Shown here one piece after another: positions 11,701 through 25,107 of a DNA stretch of 64,000 nucleotides. Each line of letters starts with the position of its first letter. The stretch's first letter is position 1. The translations under genes and the position numbers were made by a program. Under the pieces are notes generated by a model. The model saw only the letters and a list, made by a program, of their open reading frames with translations. It had not been told where the DNA came from and searched no databases. Source of the stretch: Octopus sinensis (taxonomy: Eukaryota); contig NC_043007.1 of assembly GCF_006345805.1 (NCBI RefSeq), positions 26,102,001 to 26,166,000 of the forward strand. Direction: 5' to 3'.

Positions 11701-13763
11701 TCACAATTATTGGCCTTGATTATTTATTCATTAAGGATTTGAATAAAATTTGTAAGATCTTTGTTTTAGTAGTAATTATTGTTTTTTTCCTCACTCACTC
11801 AGATCCGATTAGGTTTTACTTTTTACTGACATATGGTGTGGAAATTCTTATTGCTTCTAGATGTTCAGCTCAGTTTCATATAAACTGATAATCCATGCAG
11901 TATTGCTATTATTTCTGTGATCTTCTTATGTAAATGTTTTTGAAGATGATTGTTAAAACATGTAGATACAAGTTCTGCCATAAGTTAAGTAAATAACATA
12001 GCGAAGAAGCTATGGAACTGAATAGCAATAGCTAATCAAATTTACTATTTTGTTTTATCAAATTCCAAAAAATGTGTGTCTAGCGTGTCCTTTCTCCTGA
12101 GGGAGATTTAGAAGCTATTTCTAGCAAACCAAGTGACTATGTAGAAGCCCTCTCCTTAGCATTTGTTTCATCCCAGGTCAGCCAATGTGGGACTGGCATA
12201 TATCATGGAAGTTGTTCCAGCTGTGACTATACAATCTTTTATTTTTCCAGCACTTGACAGATGATTTATATCCCAAATCTTGCTAATCTTTGCCCATAAG
12301 TTTGTAAGGCTTTTTAGCAGTAGAAGGAGTATGTATTGAATGGTTGATTTAAAATTTTAATATTTTTTAACAAATATTGTAGTTCTTTCATTGAGGTTGC
12401 CTATTTTAGTTTTTGTATGTAACTGTTTACAGCAGGTTCTGCATAATAGCATATATATATATACACACACACACACACATAAAATTTAAAGGACTGACCA
12501 CTAAAAGTGGACGGTCAACATGCTAGATATAGACTTCAAAATCGCTATTTTGATGTCTATATCTAGCATGTTGACTGTCCACTTTTAGTGGTCAATCCTT
12601 TAAATTTTGTATGTAAAAATATTTTAATCTTTGGATTTTTTTTAATATGCTAGGCCACTGGTTTTAATTGATTAATATCAATTTCTACCCTTATATATAT
12701 ATTTATTTATTTTTTTGACCCTCCCTCTTCTGTGTTTATAGGTACCTTTTATGTCTGCAAGGCTCAGCAAATTGTCTACCGCTCATCAAAACGTTTCCGG
12801 ATTCAATGGCTTAATGTGGACCAGCCTCCAGATGTTTATAAATTGGACTACTTGGATACCACTGAAATCGAGTGTGTGTTGTGCGATGTCAAGATGGACA
12901 GGGTAGAGAAAGACACCTATCGCCTACCCTCGTCCCAAAAAAGACGTGCCGAACAAGCTTTAAAGAAGGTCCTTAACTTGGAAAGAGGATTGCCGCTCAA
13001 TGAAGGAAGTACGTCGTCTGTTTTTACTGATTTCCATGTTTGTCTTTGTTTTATTTTATTCAAATGATAAAAAAAAAAAATTATGTATCTGTATTGCTAT
13101 TTAGAATTTTTTTTTTTTATGTGTTTGAGAAAAGGATCCACTTTGAAATTCTTCATTGAAACTTGTTTGTTGCATCTTTAAAGAATCATTTTGGTTAATA
13201 GTTAATTCCCTCCCTACTCATGTATTTCATACCAGTTTATTTTTGCAGTTTCTTAACCCTTTCGATACCAACCCGGCTGAAACCGGCTCTGGCTCTCAGT
13301 ACAAATGTCTTGTTTTCATAAGTTTTGACTTAAAATCTTCCACCAAGCTTTAGTCACAATTTATGTTCCTAATACTAGCTGAATGATAACTAAGTTATGA
13401 TATGTGCATCTCTGATCATGATCAGAAGTAGTGGGGGAGTGTCATAGCCATGTGTTGAAAGGAATTCTTTGAGGGTGGTTTGGATAATTCATCTTTGGAA
13501 ACATGGGTGTTTCTATCAACATCCTTAAACAACCCTTATTCAGGGACCTTTTGAGTGGGATGGGCTAATCAACCTGAAGAAAATTCTAACTGGGCCCCAC
13601 CTGCAAGGTCATGTGCCGTTTATCTTGATATGAGATCACCGTGTTGTGCACATTATGGATGTGCCTGGCGTACCCTTATCAGACGGGTAGCCATGATGGG
13701 TATACTGGGCTTCGTATATTTTACCCCAGTGTCACTTTGATGGCATGCACTGCTCTCTCACTC

Positions 13764-13796
<33 letters not shown>

Positions 13797-16700
13797 TAAT
13801 TCTTTTATTGGCCACAAGGGCTTACAAAAATTAATTATAACATAAAGGGACAAAACAAGACGAAAGGTTACAAAGGGTTTTGTCCGTTTGTGAAATCGAG
13901 TAAAAAACAGTTTAACAACAAAAATATAACAACTCCCAATAGGGGGAGGCATTACGAAAGGTTCCTGGTGGAAAAAACCCATAAAAGCCAACAGGAGCCT
14001 GGTCAAAACGGAGTAGAGAGCCCCTTTCTCCTTTTATATTACCTTTTTAAATCACAGGTGATAATAAAAAGAGAATGAGGAGGGAAATAGCCCCCAAAAT
14101 ATAGAGAACACAAATTTCACATGGTAACCCTTCAGTGTAAGTGTTTATCCAGTGAAATTATGTGTTATCACTAATTTACTTTCAAGATTTAAGTCAATAT
14201 TCTCTCCTAAATATGAATTGGTAATTACTGGCAGTAATTTGGCCTGTTGTTAACGAAAGGGTTAAAATATTTCTAATCACAGTGAAATAGTTTAGATTTC
14301 AACAAATCATAAAAATAATCCTGACTTTTGAAATTTAAAAAGAAAATAAGCATGCAAAACAAACTTAAATTTTTCAAATTATCATTGCAGTTGAAGATGA
14401 AGAACCAATCAATAAGAAAAAGAAGGTTGTTGAAAGCTCCCCTAAACCAGTGAAACCTCAGTCATCTTCGAAGGAAGCAAAAGTATCGCAGAAAGGTAAT
14501 TAATTGCATGAAGAACAGCATGAAAGAATACCTGAAACTCCACCACCTTTAATTAGTAACCTGTGACAAGCAGGCAGGCAGGCTGCATGTGAGCAAGTAA
14601 AAGAGTTTCTGTGTGATTGTTTAACTTGTTAGAAATAGCAGCCAAATCTTCTTGAAAATATCATATCCTTTTTTCTGAAGATATATCTTCAGAAAAGGGG
14701 CTTAGTTGATAATGTGGTCTTAAACCCTTTAGCATTCAGATTACTTTATCAAATGGGATGCTTATTTATTCATATTGTTTTGGGATAATCATGCATTATC
14801 TCATCTCTTCAAAATCTCAGTGGTGTGATTACTCTTTAACTCTTTTACTTGCTTCAGTCATTTGACTGTGACCATGCTGGATAAAATAAAACCCACTTGT
14901 ATTAGTTTGTGTCTTTATGTTTTGAGTCTCCAACATCCTGAAGGTCAACATTTTGGCCCTTTCATCCAGTCTGGGTTTGAGAAAATATAATAAATATAAT
15001 AAAATAGTATTGGGAATAGTAAAGAAAATCGTTAAAATATTTTTGTGCATTGTAGAAGTATCATCATTTTATTGTATGTAATCTTAAAAACAAGATATGA
15101 TATGGACCCTTTAGGGCCCTGTGGATGCCGGTCAAGAACCACTGATCTAAATCATTGAAAGTGAAGATATATAAGAGCAGAATATATTTATTTAACCACT
15201 TATTATCCTTTCGATTATGGCCCTTTTGCAGCCTTTTTCATGTAATAATTTCAGTGTATATATTATGTTTAAATATCTGCACTAATATGCATGCTATGCA
15301 TTATACAATATAATTACCCGTGCCGGTGACATGTAAAAAGCACCGTCCAAACGTGGCAGATGCCAGTGCCACCTGGCTGGCATCTGTGTCAGTGACACGT
15401 AAAAGCACCAACCGATCGTGGCCGTTTGCCAGCCCCCTCTGGCCCCTGTGCTGGTGGCACGTAAAAAACACCCACTACACTCACGGAGTGGTTGGTGTTA
15501 GGAAGGGCATCCAGCTGTAGAAACACTGCCAGATCAGACTAGAGCCTGGTGCAGCCTCCTGGCTTCCCATACCCTGGTCGAACCGTCCAACCCGTGCTAG
15601 CATGGAAAACGGACGTTAAACAATGTTGATGATGAATTATGTATTTACAGATCAGTAAAGATGAAGAAAGTTAACGCTTACAATCACTAGGACATCATTG
15701 TTACACCAACTCCATCCATCCATCCATTTATTTATCTATCTATTGAGTGTTGATTGTTCCTTCCCTAAAATTGGTTGCTTTGTTGCTAATTTTATGCAAA
15801 TTAATATTGATGTTGTTAAAAAGAAATTCCTATTCCCCCCCCCCCCCCGGTTTGAAATCAAACACATATTCTTTTATTTTCCCTGTTTTGCTTTTCAAAT
15901 TTAGGGAAAGCCAAAGGAGAAAAACCTGGCAAGCGGAAAGGTGGTGGCAAACGAAAAGACGAACAAAAACTCAAGCCCAACCCCAACATTGAAGTCCTCG
16001 AGAAAGAACCATTTTTTGAAACTAAGTAAGCAACACTTGATTGTTTTTTTCCCCCATTTCTTTTGTGATGGCAAGTGCTATCCTATATGTCAGGCCATCT
16101 TCTCGAAAAAAATAAATAAAAGGTGAAGCTGATTACACTCTCTTTAATTATAGCCTTACCTTAATTATAATCTTACCTATATAACTTCTGAAACATTATA
16201 TCACACTCTGTAATTGAAACACTGAAGGAACATTCTGTTTGTTCCTGGATCTTTGGAATATTTACTTGCCTTGTTCATCAGTGGTATTTTTTTTGTTTTT
16301 TCTTTTTCATCTTTCACAGGTGAAAATGTCTAATGTTATACATAGCATGGCATGCAACATAAGTGTAACTTTTTATTGGATGGTACTCCAATATTCCATA
16401 TACTCTACAGCTGGAATATTGTGTTACAACTCAGTTGACAAATTGACATATATATATAAAAGACCCTCTTTGGTCATGGATAACCATAGGATTGCACCTA
16501 GAAAGTTCCTCTCCACAGTCGCCCAGGCATACCAGCCTCCCTTCTCGATGCCATTGATTTTATCCAAAGGAAAGGCAAAGGTCAATACAGCTTGGCACCA
16601 TAGTCAGAACACATTTCTATAGCTGAGTGAACTGGAGCAATGTGAGAATAAAGTGTCTTGCTCAAGAACACAGCACACAGCCTGGTCTGGGAATCGAACT

Positions 16701-19700
16701 CACCACCTCATGATTGTGAGCTTGAGACTCTAACCACTGAGCCATGTGCCTTTGTGTGTGTGTGTGTGTTTATGTGTATCTATCTATATATATATACAAG
16801 CACTATGACCCGGTGTTGCCGGGTCATAGTGTGAACGCATGCATATACAGCTGCGTGCGTGCGCACATACACGCGAGTACTGTCCAAATCTCCAACCGAT
16901 CACATACAGCTAGCTGGCATTCAATTGGCATATCAAGTTTTGGGCATTTTGATTGGGTTTTGGATAGAAAATTCACAAAAAAGTCACTTCTATTGATTTT
17001 TTAATGACTTTGCGGGGTGACTGGGGAAATGTAAAGATGTGCACGACCACCCTTGGACAGTTTTGAATGACCATAGAAAGTGCGAGCCCTCTAACTGAAA
17101 AACTGTAGATTTATATAAAGGACACACATGCAGACATTTTGCCGTTTATATATATAGAGATATATACACATGCATCATGGCTTAGTGCTTAGAGTGTAGC
17201 ACTCATGATTGCTAGATTGTGGGTTCAATTCCTGAACTGAGCAGCACATTGTTTTCTTCAGCAAAGCACTTCATTCATTTCATGTTGCTCCAGCCTGTGA
17301 CAGAATAACCTTCTGATCAGTGGGGATGGTGGCATCATTCAAAAGCTAAAGCAATGCTAAGCACATTGTTACCTGCGATATATAACATCTAATAGTCTGG
17401 TCAGTCACATGATTGATCATGTTATTTATGTACACACACAATATTGACTGCTAAGTTTTACCTCTTCATGAAAGAACAAGGAAAGGAAATTTTAATTATT
17501 AAATTATTTGGATAGACCAGAGCGGAGAGAGAGTGCTAACTGGTAGAAGGCGGCGAGCTGGCAGAAACGTTAGCACGCCAGGTGAATTGCTTAGCGGTAT
17601 TTCATTTGTCGTTACGTTCTGAGTTCAAATTCCGCTGAGGTCGACTTTGCCTTTCATCCTTTCGGGGGTCGATAAATTAAGTACCAGTTACGCACTGGGG
17701 GCGATATAATCGACTTAATCCGTTTGTCTGTCCTTGTTTATCCCTTCTATGTGTAGCCCCTTGTGGGCAGTAAAGAAATAAGAATTGCAAGGGCAAAATT
17801 AGAGTGTAGGAGGATGGATAGGGGGTGCAATGCATTCACTTGTATGTGGCCTAGTGAAAGGTGAGATAGATCAGAGTGAAGAGGATGTTGTGATCAGCAC
17901 AGGTGGTGGAGAGATGAAAGATGGAGAGTTGTGAGTGATAAGGAGACAGGTGAAAGGAGTGGGATGAAAGAAAGTATTTAGGATACATGGTGAAGGGATG
18001 GAAAAGATAGGCTTGGCAGGGGACATTTCACAGCTTCTAAACACTACCTGTTTGTCACTGCTATGTTTAGCCAGGAGTGGTCAGGTCTTCTGCAGCACTG
18101 CATATCACCAATCAGTGTAGTCCTTTGTCATCTCTGTGAGACACAGCATTCTCAGGTCAGGTTAATGCTTCGTTTCACATTATAGAGGAATTTAGCTGAT
18201 GCAAGTACAGCAACTTCAGCAACTTCAGTCACTGCCCATCACCATCTCATTAAATTGGATAGGTGTAAATAATTTGAATAAATTATTTTTTCCCTTTTCT
18301 AATTCTGTGTTAAAACCTGAACCATAATATATTACTGGTAGCACCCACTACGCTCTCGGAGTGGTTGGCATTAGGAAGGGCATCCAGCTGTAGAAACTCT
18401 GCCAGATCAGATTGGAGCCTGGTGCAGCCATCTGGTTCGCCAGACATCAGTCAAATTGTCCAACCCATGCTAGCATGGAAAATGGATGTTAACCGATGAT
18501 GGTGATAGTGGTGGTGGTGGTGGAGAGAGAGAAAGAGAAAGCAAGCAATGATGAAAATAATTTTTTGACAGGATTTGATTTCTCAAGAGAGTGGCTTCAG
18601 CTTTAGCATATCATAAACCTTCCACTTCACCCAGGCATCATAATGGATACATTATTCATATATAGTGATAAATTAAATTCAAATCCAATTCATCCAGCTA
18701 ATTAATGCCCATTTTCAATCATTAATAGCATAATTTAATGCCATAGAGCCAACAAACTTGATTGAGTTACTCTCATTTTACCTGAGTTAAATTTACCTGT
18801 TTGTTTTGTTGTCATTGTTTATATTGATTTATCCAATCTGTTAACACACCTGCTGCCACAAGGGTTTGAAGCAAAATTAAATTAAAATAAAGCAATCTCT
18901 AAAAAACTAAAAATGTAAAATAGTGACCTTGAATTATTAGGTTGTAGGAATGTCATATAATGACTTAGTACTCCCACACTGTATGTGTTAAAAACAAGCA
19001 GACCCTACTGTTTGTGTCCACTTACTGTAGCTTGGACTCATTGTAATTGCACCCATAATCAACTTAACCCTTTTGTTACCAATCCGGCTGAAACCGGCTC
19101 TGGCTCTGAGTACAAATGTCTTGTTTTCATAAGTTTTGAATTAAAATCTTCCACCAAACCTTAGTCACAATTTATGTTCCTAACACTGGCTGAATGATAA
19201 CCAAGTTATTTTACTAAATTATTTGTTATATTTAAAGTAATTGAAAGAAATACAGAACATCTCAAAATAAATACAGTAATGAAAGGGTTAATGGAGCTTA
19301 TCATCTCAATGTGGTGAAATTCACCTCAACCTGATGGAGCTCAAATTTTTGTGGGATCTTGTCTTAATCTAATAAGAGCTAATGAACTCTTCTTAATTTA
19401 GTAGAGTGGTGTAGCTCATCCCTTACTAAGCTCATATGCATGTATGTATGGTGGGGTTGAACTGAACAAGACTACCTAAGAACATACTTAGTCATCTGTT
19501 TTTTTTACTGTTTTGAAGCAGGTGAACCATAACACCCCAACAGCAATATCCAGTTTGCAGCTTGGTAGTTATGCGTCTTTGGGAATTAAGTGTAACAACC
19601 ACAAGTCAGATTATAACAGCTGTCACAACATACAAAATGAGCTGACAAAGTTGCCTTTAAGTAGTCACTTGAGCTGTTAGAAACAGCAGCCATATACCCT

Positions 19701-20828
19701 CAAATCATACACTACTGTCTTCAGCTTCGAAACAGTCAAATCTCAAGAATCTGTTAAGTGTGATCAAACAGCCCTGGAAACAAATTTCTTATTCGTCTTT
19801 GCCAGCACCTGATTGAGTCTGTGCCTCTCAGATGTATCAAAGGCATTGGCAGAGAAAGGTGTAAATTGGATATTGATCAGTGAATATAGTTTTTTGAAGA
19901 CAAACCCATTGTTTGCTTCCATTATAATGTTTCTTGAAGATCACTTTGAATAATGCAGTCTACATACTTCTAAAAGACAAAATGCTCGCTGGAATGCTTT
20001 CAAGCACAGGCCTGCTCACTCATGGTCAAGTAAACAACAACTTTCAAAACATATAATGACCCTTCCAAATCACTGTTCAATACTCTGTTACTTCAGGTAG
20101 CTGTTTTGCTCTGCAATGAGGTCATGTGGTTAAGAGGTTTGCTACACAGCCATATTGTTCTAGGTTCAGTTTCACTATACTACACCTTAAGCATCCACTG
20201 CTATACCTATTTCTTTACTACCCACAAGGGGCTAACCACAGAGAGGACAAACAAGGACATACAAACGGATTAAGTCGATTATATCGACCCCAGTGCGTAA
20301 CTGCTACGACTCCGAAAGGATGAAAGGCAAAGTCGACCTCGGCGGAATTTGAACTCAGATCGGAGCGGCAGATGAAATACTGCTAAGCATTTTGCCCGGC
20401 TTGCTAACGTTTCTGCCAGCTCGCCGCCTTTAAATGCTATACCATTGGCTTGACCAATGACTTGTGAATGAAATAAGATAGCTGGAAAGTGTGCAAAAGC
20501 TTGCCATCTGTGTATATTGGTCAAAGATGCACAGATGTGCAATAAGAAACCAGTGCACTATTACTTGCCATGTGAAATGCAGTGATCCTGCGATTTGCTC
20601 ATTGAAAGCATGCCTATAATGTTCTATTGTTCATAAAATGGCTTGATACAAAATTCTGAAATATAAATATGGATTAAAGGTCTCTTTTATACATAACACC
20701 AAAGAAAAGAAAAGTTGTTGATCTAAGAATGTTTTGTTATTCTTTTCTTCTGTGTTGTCCAATTTGAAAAGGTAATATTTGGCCTAGAAAATATTAACTG
20801 AGAGGGTTTGCAGTTGTCATTCAATGTG

Positions 20829-20869
<41 letters not shown>

Positions 20870-23800
20870 TAGATTAGAGACGGCTATTCTCTGTATAGAA
20901 TATACTTTGTAGTGATCAAGAGATTTAAACTTGAGCAGGTAGAGGGCAAGCAAGTTAAGGAAGTTGGTATACAAAAAGTATTAAATAGACTTAATATAAA
21001 AAATGTACATAAGTTTACATATAAAATGATCCGACTTAGAATAGAAATGGTATCAGGAATGAAAGGGGTTGAATAAGCGTTTTACAAGCCCAACAGCTTA
21101 GTGGTTCAAAATAATGATCAATATATATATATATATATATATGAGGTTAATCCAAACTTGAAAACACAACAACGCGAGGACATGGAACAAATATAGTGTT
21201 ATTGGACACTCAGGAAAGAAAAGAAAGAAGGAGGATTTAACGTTTTGAGTGGAGCTCTTCGTCAGAAACATAGAAAAAAAAAACCTTGTGAGTGAATTTG
21301 GTAGACGGAAACTGAAAGAAGCTTGCCATGTGTGTGTGTGTGTGTGTGTTTTATGCTCTCTTAACTTTCACTTCATGTGATAGTTGTAAATGAATGCCAC
21401 TGTCATGTAAGTGGTGTTCTTTGTTTCCAGTCTTTGGTGAAAACATAATCGGTCGTGGAGAAATATTAACTTGCAGGGTAACAAGTAAAGGTTGGCAACA
21501 GGAAGGGTATCTGGCTGTAGAAAATTGCACTGTAGTATAATATATTACATGCATTTTAGTTATTCCTCTGTTTAGGTTGATTAAAATTTCTCATTCTTCT
21601 TCATTTTCCTTTTTTGTGCCATCTGCTTCTCAAATGCTTTTTTTCTCTCTTTTACCTGAAGAACTTGCTTACCTTAACCTGTCGTGATTTTATTTATATT
21701 TTTAGCGAACCTGTGCCTTTCATCTCTCCCCATGTAAATGGAAAATTAGCCATCCGTGCTGTTTTATTGAATGACATGACTCTGCTCAAATCTCTCAAGT
21801 ATGGTGTAAGTGTTCCTCATGTTATTACTCTCTCTGTGATACATAAAAGAGTGTTGTTACTAACTTCAGTTTAGAAATAATGATTGCTGGTTTGAATCCT
21901 ATATGTTCACATCCTGAAATACAACACTTGATAATGATTATCAAACTTGTTGATATGTAGCTTAGATTTAAATATTTTTTTGTAAACAATTTTCATATCT
22001 GAAGATGAAACCATAATCTCATGGCCTATGCCAGGGGCGTAACCAGCCCACTTATGCGTACCTTTTCCTTCTTTAGACACTAAAACTCTGCTTGCGAAGA
22101 CCTGTTGAGGCAAGTGAAATCAAATAAATGAATCAATCAAAAGCAAAATCAAAATCAAATTCGATGACTGGCATCCATGCTAGTAGGGTGCAAAGAGCCC
22201 CATACGAGCATGATCATTGACAGAGCAGCTAACTGGCTTCCATGCCAGTGGCACTTAAAGGGCACCATTCGAGCGTGATCCTTACCAGCGTTGCCTTACT
22301 GGCACTTGTGCCCGTGCTAGTAGGGCGCCAAGAGCACCATCCGAGCGTGATCATTGCCAGAGCAGCCAACTGGCCCCCATGCCAGTGGCACGTAAAAAGC
22401 ACCCACTACACTCTTGGAGTGGTTGGTGTTAGGAAGGGCATCCAGCTGTAGAAACTCTGCCAAATCAAGATTGGAGCCTGGTGCAGCCATCAGTCAAAAT
22501 CGTCCAACCCATGCTAGCATGGAAAGCGGATGTTAAATGATGATGATAATGATGATGTGATTATTAAAATGAACTACTATACTCTCATTAACAACATATA
22601 GGCTTTTCTAACTAAACATATAATCTATCCTAATTAAACATATAATCTGTAAAACTAAAAAATATTTGATTTTCATTTTGTAATTATATGTATTTATAAT
22701 GTTCTATAATTGGTAAATATTGGTTTTTTTCTCTCTCTCTTTGTTCAGCTTGATTATGTGAGGTCACCAAAAAATGAATTGACAGCTTTACATTATGCTA
22801 TTCAACGTCAGTACCGAGGGTTTGTAGGGTACCTCGCTGAAGACTATTTTGGTACAACCCGCAAATCCATCACAAACAAACCACCTGTGTTGATCGACTC
22901 GATGGGCACTGGATGGTAAGTAGTCAATATTAAAAACTGTTAACGATAATTATGATAATGGTTGTGGTATCAGTGTCTACCTCTTAAAGTTTAACCCTCT
23001 AGCATTGAAACTGATCATATCCAGCCCAAATATTCTATTTGCTTCAAACTGGTTAGATCTGGACTTTCCCATCTACCCTATAATATCGTTTTAAAATGGG
23101 TATGTGATAAGAAACTTGCTTCCCAACCACATGGTTCCAGGTTCAGTCCCACTGTGAGACACCTTGGGTAAGTGTCTTCTACTATAGCCTTGGGCTGACC
23201 AAATCCTTGTCAGTAGATTTGGTAGATGCTGGATGTGACAGTAGAAGACAATATGGATACTAAAGCACTGAACAAAATGAACTTCTGTTTCATTAGAATA
23301 ATCTGCTGTTTCTGTTTTTTTTCTTCTCAACACATAATGAAGGATTCTGAGTGATTTTGTAAAATGCAGTTTGGTAAAAGTGGGCAGTGAGCAACAAAAC
23401 CTTGTGTCACTGATCTACAGCTATATTAAAAATTTTTGCTTGTTGGTTTTAACATTTAAATACATGTTTGTGAAGAAGTTTGTATTAATAATATTTAGAA
23501 AGTATTATTTTAATTATTGCCTTTTAAGTTGGAGTAAATATTGTTATTTTACTTGGTTCATCTTTCTTTTCTTCAGGTACAATCCTGTTTTTCTTGGAAT
23601 TCATAATATTCGTTCTATCACCCTTGGCAGAGGAAACCGCGAAGGAAACAATGCTCTCACTAAGGTATTTCCAAATATTCTGTAAAATTGATAATAGAAT
23701 AGATATTTTATCATTTTCATATATATATAGCCACAGAAGTGGCTGTGTGATAAGTAGCTTGCTTACCAACCACAAGGTTCCGGGTTCAGTCCCACTGCGT

Positions 23801-25071
23801 GGCATCTTGAGCAAGTGTCTTCTACTATAGCCTCGGGCCGACCAAAGCCTTGCGAGTGGATTTGGTAGACGGAAACTGAAAGAAGCCCGTCGTATATGTG
23901 TGTGTGTGTGTGTGTGTGCATGTTTGTGTGTGTGTGTTTGTCCCCCTAGCATTGCTTGACAACCGATGCTGGTGTGTTTACGTCGCCGTCACTTAGCGGT
24001 TCAGCAAAAGAGACCGATAGAATAAATACTGGGCTTACAAAGAATAAGTCCTGGGGTCGAGTTGCTCAACTAAAGGCGGTACTCCAACATGGCCGCTGTG
24101 AAAGGACTGAAACAAGTAAAAGAGTAAACAGAGATATATATATATATATATGAGAGTGTATAAGAACACAGAGAAGACCCTTGATAGGACACCTTACATG
24201 CTAGAAGGAACAGTCAAACCCAAAAAATGAAAAAATGTAATTTCAAAAGAGAATGAAAGCAAAAATTATTTATAGTTAACCCCAAACTCGAGTTTCTATA
24301 TTAATGAACAAATAAATTAATTTGTCGTCTGTACTTCCTCAGTGGGGTCGCTAAGGCAATGCACAATTATGTAGCTTAATATGTACCGATATACATGCGT
24401 GAGCTGCATACTTTTACATTATGTTTCCAAATTAAGTGCAGTCACATAGCCAGTGGCAAATAATATATTTAAACTGCATACCATAATGGCTTAGGAATTA
24501 GGGAAAAATTTTAGTGTGAAAAATTATAATTTTTTTTTTACTCCTATAATTTTTTTACCCTTATATATATATATATATACTCACATATACACACACACAC
24601 ACATTGATGTGAAGAACACATATGAACAATAAGGAACAAACGAACAAGAAATAAGGCTAGTGTAAGCTTGTTGCACATATCATATAAACTGGTGTCTGTT
24701 GCTTTAGACTCCTGGTACCCTTATTGCTGTTGCCTAGTGTGTGTTGCTTTGTTTTAGAACTCTGCTTATAACTATTGCTTAGCATGTGTTTTAGTATCCT
24801 CATGCTCCATCCATCACTATTACCTAGAGAGAGAGAGAGAGAGAGACAGAAGGCACATGGTTTAGTGGTTAGGATATTCAGCTCATAATCATAAAGTTGT
24901 GAGTTTGATACCCACTGGTGCTCCAGTCCACTCCACTGGCGGAAATATACAGCACCTGTTGTTCAAAAGGGCCAGCCTCGTCACATTTTGTATTACACTG
25001 AATCTCCCTGAGAACTACGTTAACGGTACACTTGTCTATATATGTGTGTGTGTGTATATATTTATTTGTCG

Positions 25072-25107
<36 letters not shown>

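Noticed and set aside
21799-21804. Donor GTATGG at 21799 for exon 5
   Set aside because: It gives phase 2, incompatible with exon 6, whereas GTAAGT at 21806 is consensus and in phase. A missed micro-exon cannot be fully excluded.
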